Part shown: positions 48,042-55,567 of the stretch, piece by piece | Layout of the letters: every line of letters starts with the position of its first letter | Position numbering within the stretch: the first letter of the stretch is position 1 | Assembly (NCBI GenBank): GCA_963841405.1 | Contig: CAWJCM010000006.1 | Location: 852-64,851 of the forward strand | Direction: 5' to 3' | Source: an uncultured Actinomycetes bacterium | GTDB taxonomy: Bacteria > Actinomycetota > Thermoleophilia > Gaiellales > Gaiellaceae | Length of the DNA stretch: 64,000 nucleotides | Program-made: the position numbers and the translations under genes | Notes under the pieces: generated by a model | Databases searched by the model: none | The model's input: only the letters and a program-made list of their open reading frames with translations | Told to the model about the DNA's origin: nothing

Positions 48042-48575
48042 GTGACCGATGGCGTCGTCATCCGTCCCGAGCGCGACGCGGACCATCCCGTGATCGCAGA
48101 GGTGGTCCGCGCGGCATTCGTCGGACACCCCGACGAGGTCGCGTCGTTCGTCGAGCGCATTCTGGCGTCGGAACAGTTCATTTCGGAGCTGGCGTTGGTC
48201 GCCGAGGACTCCTCCGGTGTGATTGCTCACGTGATGCTGAGCTGGGTCGGCGTCAAAGGCGGATCCCGTCCAAGGATCCTCAATCTCACGCCGATGTCGG
48301 TCCGGCCTGACCGCCAGCGCCTCGGTGTGGGGACACGGCTGATTCGGGGCGCGCTCGGCCGCGCCGAAGAAGCAGGCGAGCCTGCCGTCATGGTCGAGGG
48401 CATTCCCGCGTACTATCCTCGCTTCGGCTTCGAGCAGGCGAGCGCGCTCGGCTTCATCTCCCCGCATCCGAAGATCCCCGACGACGCTTTCATGATCAAG
48501 CGGCTCCCGGAATACAGCCCCGACCTCGCCGGTCGGATCGTCTATCCGGCCGCGTTCAACGCTCTCGGGTACTAG
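48042..48575 (+). CDS. GNAT family N-acetyltransferase
   Basis: VVIRPERDADHPVIAEVV...MSVRPDRQRLGVGTRLIRGAL...YYPRFGF. The GTG start is inferred within track ORF 47928-48575. Confidence 0.75.
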   Translation: MTDGVVIRPERDADHPVIAEVVRAAFVGHPDEVASFVERILASEQFISELALVAEDSSGVIAHVMLSWVGVKGGSRPRILNLTPMSVRPDRQRLGVGTRLIRGALGRAEEAGEPAVMVEGIPAYYPRFGFEQASALGFISPHPKIPDDAFMIKRLPEYSPDLAGRIVYPAAFNALGY

Positions 48576-48697
48576 CGACCGGTCTGAGAAGAGCGGCGCA
48601 CTCGGCAGGTCGCAACGTGCCCAACGACGTCCCCGAGCGTCGGCTACGCGACCCTCGGCTGGGTCAGTGTTCGCGAGTTTCCCCCGAGTTGGGCGCG

Positions 48698-49249
48698 ATG
48701 GCGTTACGCCGTTCGAAGCAGAGGAAGGCGGGATCTGAGACTGCCGCTAGCGTTAACGCCGTGTGGGAGGGCTCGGGACAGCTTGTCCTTCGCGAAGTCG
48801 AAGATCGTGATCTCGGCGTGCTGTTCGCGCACTGGACGGATCGCGAGGCGATACGGATGGCCGCGTTCACTTCGCCGGAGGCCGATGATCGAACGACCTT
48901 CGAGCGACGGTGGGCGCGGCTGAGAAGCGATGCCTCTACGACGAACAGGGTCATCGAGATCGACGGTCGAGTTGTGGGTCACATTGCGAGCTTCGACTTG
49001 GAGGGTCACCGCGAGGTCACCTATTGGATAGGCCGTGAAGATTGGGGCCGCGGGATTGCCACGCGTGCTCTACAAGAGTTCTTGCAGCTGGAGGCAGCCC
49101 GTCCTCTTTACGCTGGCGCTGCAAGCGACAACGCCGCGTCGATTCGTGTGTTGACGAAGTGCGGTTTTCTGATCGTGGGCGAAGGGCGTGGGTTCGCTCA
49201 TGGGCGCAACGAGGAGATAGACGAGGTCGTGCTCCGACTCGATGCATGA
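48698..49249 (+). CDS. GNAT family N-acetyltransferase (RimJ/RimL-like)
   Basis: LVLREVEDRDLGVLFAHWTD...YWIGREDWGRGIATRAL...NAASIRVLTKCGF. The start is taken at the internal ATG. Confidence 0.75.
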   Translation: MALRRSKQRKAGSETAASVNAVWEGSGQLVLREVEDRDLGVLFAHWTDREAIRMAAFTSPEADDRTTFERRWARLRSDASTTNRVIEIDGRVVGHIASFDLEGHREVTYWIGREDWGRGIATRALQEFLQLEAARPLYAGAASDNAASIRVLTKCGFLIVGEGRGFAHGRNEEIDEVVLRLDA

Positions 49250-49266
49250 GCCCAACTGCCCTCGCT

Positions 49267-49320
49267 TGCGCGAGTGTTCCGGAATGACGCCTGACGGCTA
49301 CTGCGAACGGCTCTCGCCCC
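49267..49320 (+). repeat. accessory-array repeat, copy a
   Basis: TGCGCGAGTGTTCCGGAATGACGCCTGACGGCTACTGCGAACGGCTCTCGCCCC, with arms GCGAGTGTTC and GAACGGCTCTCGC. It overlaps the last codons of cupin 1. Confidence 0.8.
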
Positions 49321-49858
49321 AGGGTAGACGTCGCCAATGCCGCGGCCGCTCTCGCCGGAATCTCTCGGCCGTCGCATAGACCTGCGCCGGATCGGATGTC
49401 TCCTTCTCCACACTGGCGCCGTAGCGGGCTGCGAGGTCCGACACCGGATACCGGACCTCAGGGCTTACGTGTGCGCCGACCATCAGGATCACGCACGGCC
49501 CGTCGCCAGCTCCTACGAAGGCGTGCTCCGTCCAGGCGGGCGAATGGAAGAAGTCCCAGGCTCGGAGACAACGCTCCTCGCCCTCGACGAGCAGCCTGCA
49601 CTCACCGGCCAAGATGAGGAACGCCTCCTGATTCGCCTCGGCGTGGTAGACGCCGCTCTGGCCGGGCTCGAGGACCGTCACATTGATCCCGAGCTGCGTG
49701 AACTCGATCGGAGACTCGCCGTACTCGTTCGCGAACCAACACGCCGCGCCCCTCGTCTCCGAAGAAAACCACTCCGCATCGCGCACGTTGACGACGAACC
49801 AACCCTCCGTCACGGGAGCAAGCCCGGAGCCAGCGTCCTCAAGCCTCGCTTCGTTCAC
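49298..49858 (-). CDS. cupin domain protein (copy 1)
   Basis: The 186-aa ORF has a GTG start and the cupin motifs GVYHAEANQEAFLILAGE and HSPAWTEHAFVG. It is about 90% identical to 52752-53297. Confidence 0.8.
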   Translation of the reverse strand: MNEARLEDAGSGLAPVTEGWFVVNVRDAEWFSSETRGAACWFANEYGESPIEFTQLGINVTVLEPGQSGVYHAEANQEAFLILAGECRLLVEGEERCLRAWDFFHSPAWTEHAFVGAGDGPCVILMVGAHVSPEVRYPVSDLAARYGASVEKETSDPAQVYATAERFRRERPRHWRRLPWGESRSQ

Positions 49859-49899
49859 GAACCGGATTCTCGCAGTCGAATGGATGCGCGTCTCTCACA

Positions 49900-49938
49900 T
49901 GCGCCAGCGTTCACCGATGACGCCCGAACGCTAGGTGC
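49900..49938 (+). repeat. accessory-array repeat, copy b
   Basis: TGCGCCAGCGTTCACCGATGACGCCCGAACGCTAGGTGC, with the hairpin AGCGTTC-13 nt-GAACGCT. Confidence 0.75.
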
Positions 49939-49972
49939 TGCTTCACGACAGCCGGGGCATGCCGTAGTCAAG

Positions 49973-50030
49973 GCGCCACGCGTTCATGGCCGTGCGCAAG
50001 GCTGGCGATCACGCAGGGCTGAACGGCGCC
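49973..50030 (+). repeat. accessory-array repeat, copy b' (diverged)
   Basis: GCGCCACGCGTTCA...32 nt...TGAACGGCGCC has the same GTTC...GAAC dyad logic with a bulge. Confidence 0.45.
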
Positions 50031-50316
50031 GTCGCGCTGCGCCGTCGGCTGCTCGAAGTCAGGGCGCGGTCGGTTACGGTGGCGCCGTGGCGGGCGGGCT
50101 GCTCCACATCGATCGGGACGAGCTCGACGTCCGGCTGGCGGCGTACGCGTTGGTCGGCATCGCCGTTGCGGCCGTCTTCGAGGCGATCATCGGACTCGGC
50201 GCGGTGCAAGCCGCTATCGCCGCCGCCATCGTCATGGCTGCTGGTCGGGGCGGCGCGCTTCGCTTACGCCTGGTGCACATGGGGCCGTCACGCTGGTCGG
50301 TGGCGCCTTCGGGTTC

Positions 50317-51138
50317 TTGTCGTATATCAGCGCCGAAACGGCGTGGCAGGCTGCGCTCGTTCTCGGTGTTGTCGGCTATCTGACCGGACTCGGCTACGCG
50401 TTCGGTCCAGAACTGGGACGCGCCGGATACGTCTTGCTGCTGTGGACGAGCGCTGTCCTGATCGGAGAGGCGCACGGAGGCGATCCGCCGGCGACTGCTC
50501 TGGCGTTCCTGATTGGCGGCGCCGTGGCGATGCTCGTGGTCGCGGCAGCGGGCGCCGTGCAAGCGGTCCGCGGCGGCGCCGGAGATGGGGTTCCACCTGT
50601 CCCCCGGCCGAACGAGTCGTCGGGCTCTCCGCCTTCGGTCGGAGGCGCGGTGCGGTCGGGCATCGGCATATGGAGTCTGCTAAGGGCGGTGCTGGTGGTC
50701 ATCGCGACCCTGGTCGGTTATTGGCTGACCGACAGCGATCTCGATCCGTTCTGGACCGCAATCGTGCTGCTGATCGTGTTCCAGCCCGACCTGCAACACA
50801 CCATCTTCAAGGCGACCCAGCGCGGGCTCGGAACCCTCGTCGGCGCGACGACCGCGGCGGCGCTGGTCAGCGTCACAGGCTCCGAGCCGGTGATCGTTGC
50901 CGTCGCGCTCGTCGGCACATTTGGCGCGGTGGCGTTCTACAACGCGAACTACATGATCTACGCGTTCTTCCTGACCAATGCGGTGCTGCTCTACTACTGG
51001 TTCGCTGCCGACCAGAACGTGAGCGAAGCGACCGAACGGTTGGCCGCAACCGTCATCGGCATCGCGTTGGCGATTGCCGGGGTGGGCGTGCTGAAGCTAC
51101 GAGAGCGCCGCAGCATCGCAGCGACGCAAACGGCCTAG
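50317..51138 (+). CDS. FUSC / aromatic-acid-exporter-like membrane protein, probably frameshifted at its 5' end
   Basis: The 273-aa ORF is multi-TM. The frame stays open upstream (GAVTLVGGAFGFL). A further N-terminal TM region (from GTG 50087, LAAYALVGIAVAAVFEAIIGLGAVQAAIAAAIVMAAG) lies in another frame, implying a 1-nt indel near 50275-50285. Confidence 0.6.
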   Translation: MSYISAETAWQAALVLGVVGYLTGLGYAFGPELGRAGYVLLLWTSAVLIGEAHGGDPPATALAFLIGGAVAMLVVAAAGAVQAVRGGAGDGVPPVPRPNESSGSPPSVGGAVRSGIGIWSLLRAVLVVIATLVGYWLTDSDLDPFWTAIVLLIVFQPDLQHTIFKATQRGLGTLVGATTAAALVSVTGSEPVIVAVALVGTFGAVAFYNANYMIYAFFLTNAVLLYYWFAADQNVSEATERLAATVIGIALAIAGVGVLKLRERRSIAATQTA

Positions 51139-51199
51139 AGAAAAGCCATGCACGGCACCCGGCGGCGTCGAGAGGGTCTGCGGAACGAGAAGGGTCGAC

Positions 51200-51255
51200 T
51201 GCGCCAGCGTTCAGGAATGACGCCCGACGGATGTGAAGCGCCAACGCGTGGCCCC
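51200..51255 (+). repeat. accessory-array repeat, copy c
   Basis: TGCGCCAGCGTTCAGGAATGACGCCCGACGGATGTGAAGCGCCAACGCGTGGCCCC, with arms GCCAGCGTT and AACGCGTGGC. It overlaps the last 8 codons of the PPOX-like gene. Confidence 0.8.
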
Positions 51256-51738
51256 TCCCGCCGAGGCCGTGGCGACGCCGAGTGCACTCGTCGGCGTGAA
51301 GACGTGCAGATGCCATGGAGGTGGCGGCGCGGTCGGGGCCGCAAACGAGGCGGTGACAACCTCACCCTCGACTTCGAGAGGCCAGCCACGGGCGGCGAAA
51401 GCCTCAGCGACCCGAACGAGCGTCTGCGTGTCGGTGACACGAGTGGCCGTCCCGTCGAGCACGAGGTCGAGATCAGAAAGCGAGATTGCAAAGCTGCAGC
51501 GAGGATCGGCAACCAGGTTTCGCGCCTTCCTGGTCGTCGGGCCGCTGACAAAGTACAAGCTGTCGTCCGCCCAGAACCCCACGACGCCCGCGAGGTGAGG
51601 ACGTCCGTCCGGGCGGGTTGTCGCGAGCCAGCAGGTCGGACCTCTGCTACCGCCTCTCGGCTCTAGCTTGTCCAGTTGGTCGAGGGCTCGCGACCACGGG
51701 ATCTCCGCTTCTTCGGCGTCGAGATTGACCGACTCCAC
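51211..51738 (-). CDS. pyridoxamine 5'-phosphate oxidase (PPOX) family protein
   Basis: The 175-aa ORF contains CWLATTRPDGRPHLAGVVGFWADDSLYFVSGPTTRKARNL, a split-barrel FMN-binding pattern. Confidence 0.7.
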   Translation of the reverse strand: MESVNLDAEEAEIPWSRALDQLDKLEPRGGSRGPTCWLATTRPDGRPHLAGVVGFWADDSLYFVSGPTTRKARNLVADPRCSFAISLSDLDLVLDGTATRVTDTQTLVRVAEAFAARGWPLEVEGEVVTASFAAPTAPPPPWHLHVFTPTSALGVATASAGGATRWRFTSVGRHS

Positions 51739-51800
51739 TGTTGCCTCTCCTCTCCGAAGTTGAGGAGGCTGCCGTCCGCCCGACGTTACTAGCTCTCGCC

Positions 51801-51836
51801 TGCGCCAGCGTTCGGGAATGACGCCTGAGCGTCGAT
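51801..51836 (+). repeat. accessory-array repeat, copy d
   Basis: TGCGCCAGCGTTCGGGAATGACGCCTGAGCGTCGAT lies immediately 3' of the minus-strand GNAT stop at 51841. Confidence 0.8.
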
Positions 51837-51840
51837 CTCC

Positions 51841-52512
51841 TCAACCGTGAGGACCGGCACGAGTCTCTGTCGGGGGCCTCCGCATCGGCCAAACCGGCGG
51901 CCCGGCGTCTGGCAGCTCGAGCACGCCCATGTGCAGGAAGCCGAGCCGCTCGTACAGCGCCGCGCTACGCTCGCTGCTGGCCTCGATGTACGTCGGTAGC
52001 CCAGCCGAATCGGCTCTCTCCAGCGTCGGCTGCATGAGCGCCGATCCCACGCCCTGTCCCTGCAGGGCGGTGCGCACCCCGACCGTTCGGACGTAGAAGT
52101 GAGGCTCCCGTAAGTGTCGCGTCTCCATCGCGCGCTGCACTCGTATCGCCCGCGGCAATCGCGTTCTGAACGCTCCGATCCACTTGAGTGTCTCCCTCCC
52201 CGTCGCCGACTTCGGCATCTCCCAGGCGCCAGGGGGCAGCTCGGCGACCGCGCCGTCGTACCCCGAAGTCGTCCACACGGTCCCCCGGTTCGCCAGCACG
52301 TACTGCTCTATCTCAACCGCAAACATCGTTCGTAGCCGCGCTTTCTGCCGGAGACGGCCCGGGCAAAGGAACGTGAACACCGGGTCGTTGACGAACGCGT
52401 CGGCCAGCGCTGCCGCCACCTTCGGCACCTCATCCGCAGACGCTGTCCGGACCTCTATCGGCCTCAACGCGGCGATCATATGCTCAGGGCGAGAAGAGGA
52501 GTGGTCAGTCAA
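51841..52512 (-). CDS. GNAT family N-acetyltransferase
   Basis: The 223-aa ORF contains VGVRTALQGQGVGSALMQPTL and ERSAALYERLGF. Confidence 0.75.
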   Translation of the reverse strand: MTDHSSSRPEHMIAALRPIEVRTASADEVPKVAAALADAFVNDPVFTFLCPGRLRQKARLRTMFAVEIEQYVLANRGTVWTTSGYDGAVAELPPGAWEMPKSATGRETLKWIGAFRTRLPRAIRVQRAMETRHLREPHFYVRTVGVRTALQGQGVGSALMQPTLERADSAGLPTYIEASSERSAALYERLGFLHMGVLELPDAGPPVWPMRRPPTETRAGPHG

Positions 52513-52705
52513 GGTCCGGATGTCGAACTCCGCCGCCGCGGGATCGCTCGTCGGACGGCTTCGAGGTGTGAGGCGAGAGGCTGGTCGCTTCGGCCGCCGC
52601 GTCTCGATCGCCGCTGCGGACCAGCAGGACGCGCAGGCTCTCGCCCGAGAATTAGAGGCGGCGCATCCGGATGCTCGCGTAGAGGTTCGGGGCGACTAAC
52701 TCGGC

Positions 52706-52757
52706 TGCGCGAGTGTTCGGGAATGACGCTTGACGGCTACCGCGAACGGCTCTAGCC
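52706..52757 (+). repeat. accessory-array repeat, copy e
   Basis: TGCGCGAGTGTTCGGGAATGACGCTTGACGGCTACCGCGAACGGCTCTAGCC is nearly identical to copy a and overlaps the cupin 2 stop. Confidence 0.8.
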
Positions 52758-53297
52758 CCAGGGCAGCCGTGACCAGTACGACGGCCGCTGTCGCCGGAAA
52801 CTCTCGGCCGTCGCATATACCTGCTCCGGATCGGATGTCTCCTTCTCCACACTCGCGCCGTAGCGCGCTGCGAGGTCCGACACCGGATACCGCACTTCCG
52901 GGCTTACGTGCGCGCCAACCATCAGGACCACACACGGGGCGTCGCCAGCTCCCACGAAGGCATGCTCCGTCCAGGGAGGTGAATGGAAGAAGTCCCAGGC
53001 TCGGAGGAGTCGCTCCTCGCCCTCGACGAGCAGCCTGCACTCACCGGCCAGAACGAGGAAGGCGTCCTGATTCGCCTCGGCGTGGTAGACGCTGCTCTGG
53101 CCGGGCTCGAGAACCCTCACATTGATCCCGAGCTGCGCGAACTCGATCGGAGTCTCGCCGTACTCGTTGGCGAACCAACACGCCGCGCCCCTCGTCTTCG
53201 AAGAGAACCACTCGGCATCGCTCACGTTGACGACGAACCAACCCTCCGTCACGGGGGCAAGCCCGGAGCCAGCGTCCTCAAGCCTCGCTTCGTTCAC
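52752..53297 (-). CDS. cupin domain protein (copy 2)
   Basis: A GTG start at 53297 gives 181 aa. My hand alignment to copy 1 shows 18 differences over about 182 positions. The upstream part of track ORF 52752-53582 is non-coding. Confidence 0.8.
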   Translation of the reverse strand: MNEARLEDAGSGLAPVTEGWFVVNVSDAEWFSSKTRGAACWFANEYGETPIEFAQLGINVRVLEPGQSSVYHAEANQDAFLVLAGECRLLVEGEERLLRAWDFFHSPPWTEHAFVGAGDAPCVVLMVGAHVSPEVRYPVSDLAARYGASVEKETSDPEQVYATAESFRRQRPSYWSRLPWG

Positions 53298-53336
53298 GCA
53301 GCAGATTCTCGCAGTCCAAGCGACGGCTGTCTCGTC

Positions 53337-53372
53337 TGCGCGAGCGTTCAGAAGTGTTGCCTGAAGATGATC
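53337..53372 (+). repeat. accessory-array repeat, copy f (diverged)
   Basis: TGCGCGAGCGTTCAGAAGTGTTGCCTGAAGATGATC is positionally homologous to copy b, upstream of the cupin. Confidence 0.55.
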
Positions 53373-53463
53373 TCGGTTACCGCGGGGAAGCCCAAATCGC
53401 CGAGGAGCGAAGCGACGAGGGCGGGGGTCTGCGATTTGGGCGCGGGGGCCCGCGGTAACCGAG
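53372..53463. repeat. 92-nt bipartite palindrome (two perfect stems with an asymmetric internal loop)
   Basis: The outer stem is CTCGGTTACCGCGG/CCGCGGTAACCGAG (14 bp) and the inner stem is CCCAAATCGC/GCGATTTGGG (10 bp). The internal loops are 5 nt versus 9 nt and the apical loop is 30 nt. Confidence 0.85.
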
Positions 53464-53470
53464 CGCCGCG

Positions 53471-53513
53471 TGCACAAGCGTTCAAGAGTGTCCTGCAAAG
53501 CACAGACGACGTG
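53471..53513 (+). repeat. accessory-array repeat, copy g (diverged)
   Basis: TGCACAAGCGTTCAAGAGTGTCCTGCAAAGCAC... lies just 3' of the minus-strand gene ending at 53534. Confidence 0.45.
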
Positions 53514-53533
53514 CCCGCCGACGGGTTGTGAAG

Positions 53534-54147
53534 CTAGGGGGCTTCCGCCTGCCCGGGTGCAGAGCCGAGCATCCCGCGCCACTCGCTACGCAGGTATGCC
53601 ATCACGTCCGTCCAGGCGTGATCGAAGATGCTGTGCGCGGGCGCGTAGTCAGCAGCGTCCACCTCGCCATGCTGGAAGGAGCGCCAGTCCAAGACGTCGC
53701 GAACCTTGTCGAGACGAGGAAGCGTAAGCGTCACCGCCGTGTCTCCGCTGGCGTCGATGACTGGGACGAGGCTGTGCGGGATGACGGGGCCGTGCATAAG
53801 CCGATTCCGGTAACGGTGCAGGGGCTGCATCGGGTCGACCGGGATTCGGCGCGAGAGTCTGGCGGCCTGGCTCTTGCGCTCGTCCCAGGCGAAGTAGCTG
53901 TCGTCCCGCATCCGGGTAATGAGTTCGTCGGCGGTGTCGGTGGCGGACGATAGGTGGGTAAGGGCGCTCGCGAAGCGTGAGTAGAGCCGGGGTACGTCGG
54001 GGAGAGTCGCTGTCGGAAGGAAGAAGGTCTGCGGATCGCGTCGCGCCTCGTACGCGCAGACCAAGTGCATGAAAGTCGAGTAGTGCAACTGGGAGACGAC
54101 AATGCCGTTGTCTGGGTTAGGTTTCTCGGAGTTCTCCTCACGTCTAA
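53534..54147 (-). pseudogene. 3' part of an IS-interrupted gene; hypothetical protein with an R-x4-H (HEPN-like) motif
   Basis: The frame is open from the IS boundary (LRREENSEKPNPDNGIVVSQLHYSTFMHLV...) to the stop at 53534. It contains HRYRNRLMHG. GC content is lower than the core genome. Confidence 0.65.
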
Positions 54148-55062
54148 GAGCCTATCCCGGTAGGGGCTCCGGTGCCGCCAGACGCCAGGTGATCAGGCCG
54201 CAGGCGAGTTGCAGCAGGGCGCGGTGATTCTCGGGTTTTTTCGACCAGCGGATGAGCAGACCGCGGAAGCGGTTGAGCCAGGAGTGGGTGCGCTCGACGA
54301 CCCAGCGGCGGGCGCGGAAGCTGGCCTCACGTTCGAGCGCCTGCTTCTCCTCGCGGCGGGAGCGGATGTGCGGAGTGAGCCCGTACTCGTCGATGAGCTC
54401 GTATACCTCTGGGTAGTCGTAGCCCTTGTCCAGGCAGATCGCTTGCGGCTCAGCGGTGGCGTCCGGACGGGCGATCACGATGCGCTCGAGCGTCGACCGC
54501 AGGAGCTTGAAGTCGTTGACGTTCGCGCCGGCGATCTCGACTCCGAGCGGGGCGCCCCTGCCGTCGCACAGGAGCGAGCGCTTCCCCCTTTTTCGCTCTG
54601 TCAGTGGGGTTGGGGCCGGTCTCCTTCCCGCCCAGCGGCGCTTTGCCCATCAACCCGTCGCAGGACAGCCACTCCCACTCGATCCCCTGCAGCTCGTCAT
54701 AGGCGAGCAGCCCTTGCCGCCAGAACTGCTCGAACACGCCCGCCTGCGCCCACTCCTGAAAGCGCCGGTGCGCCGAGCTCGAGGAGCAGATCCCGGTCGC
54801 GTTCAGCGCGTTCCACTGCATCCCGGTTCGCAGCACGAGCAGGATCGCGTTCAGCGCATCCCGATCGGGAACGCGCGGGTTGTGGCAGCCGAGCGGGTGC
54901 GGCGGCCGCGGTGGAAGCAGCGCCTCCATCCGCGCCCACGTCTCGTCCGGAATCCGCCAACCGTCGTCCTTGGCCACGAGACCCATCGTCTACCTCCTCC
55001 GTCGGATGACGAAGGACCGCTTCGCCGTCAGACCAGTGCAGCCTGCCTACAGAGATAGGCTC
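54148..55062 (-). mobile_element. IS5-family insertion sequence (915 bp)
   Basis: The inverted repeats are GAGCCTATCCCGGTAGG and GAGCCTATCTCTGTAGG. 3-bp direct repeats TAA lie at 54145-54147 and 55063-55065. Confidence 0.85.
54152..54986 (-). CDS. IS5-family transposase, split into two frames at an A5G5 run
   Basis: The N-terminal part is WRIPDETWARMEALLPP...LRTGMQWNAL...NPTDRAKKG. The DDE part (KRSLLCDGRGAPLGVEIAGANVNDFKLL...DKGYDY...VERTHSWLNRFRGL) is in the +1 frame. The join is at 54584-54593, and removing one G would fuse the two frames. Confidence 0.8.
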
Positions 55063-55222
55063 TAAGTCGGATGCCGTCTGGGTCTTCGCGTAGCGGCCGA
55101 ACGAAGCGACTCCAGAACGCCGCGTACTGCGGGAACTCGGGCTCCAGGAGCACGGGCCAGTACGCCTTCTCGAAGTCGTCGCCGTGCTGAATGAGTTCTG
55201 CAGGCCGATCCATTGCGTCCAT
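55063..55222 (-). pseudogene. 5' part of the IS-interrupted gene
   Basis: MDAMDRPAELIQHGDDFEKAYWPVLLEPEFPQYAAFWSRFVRPLREDPDGIRL joins in frame to 54147 once the IS and one TAA copy are removed. The restored gene is 771 nt, or 256 aa. Confidence 0.65.
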
Positions 55223-55567
55223 GTAGTGAAGCGGGACGTGCGGCTGTGGCGCCGACCACAGGCTCCGCCGCACTGCGGCGGGCGCGCTTCGCCCGCGAGG
55301 GCGGAGCGCACGCCGGAGCGCGGTCGCCGGGCGCGGAGCGCCCGGCTTCTTCTCTTGTATTTCCAACGAAACTCGCTGGCTGCTGTCCGACGCGGCAACT
55401 AGGGTGCGAGTGCTCGTATCACGCAGCCATCAGGGTTCCAATGAGCGGTAGCGGCGTTCCCAGACGGGAGCCGAGAGCCGAACCTCAGCCCTTCTAGACA
55501 AGCGGCGAGCCGAGAGGCCCGGACGGGGCCACTGGTCTAGGTAGGGCGATGTGTCGGAGGTTCGGCG

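Noticed and set aside
49267-49300. Interpreting the conserved core TGCGC-CAGCGTT-CGGGA-ATGACGCC as a XerC/XerD dif or pdif site.
   Set aside because: Only the TGCGC resembles a XerC arm. There is no AT-rich 6-nt spacer and no TTATG-type XerD arm, and the dyad symmetry between the putative arms is poor.
49290-49320. Tiny ORFs starting at the ATG inside the repeat core: MTPER-stop, MTPERRSPQP-stop, MTLDGYRERL-stop and longer variants.
   Set aside because: Their lengths and sequences after the first 4 codons are not conserved, there is no Shine-Dalgarno spacing, and several are antisense to real genes. The ATG is probably just part of the DNA motif. Only in copy i does it open a long ORF (46909), and a downstream GTG start fits the methyltransferase family better.
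49986-51236. The 416-aa plus-strand ORF spanning the FUSC-like region in a third frame.
   Set aside because: It is an Arg-rich junk translation. The multi-TM FUSC-like frames explain the region.
46890-53520. Calling the accessory-array repeats integron attC sites, or calling the region a classical integron or CALIN.
   Set aside because: attC has R'' (RYYYAAC) in the 5' arm and R' (GTTRRRY) in the 3' arm. Here GTTC is in the 5' arm and GAAC in the 3' arm, and the 7-mers do not fit the consensus. No tyrosine integron integrase is present, and gene orientations are mixed. Only the looser analogy is kept.
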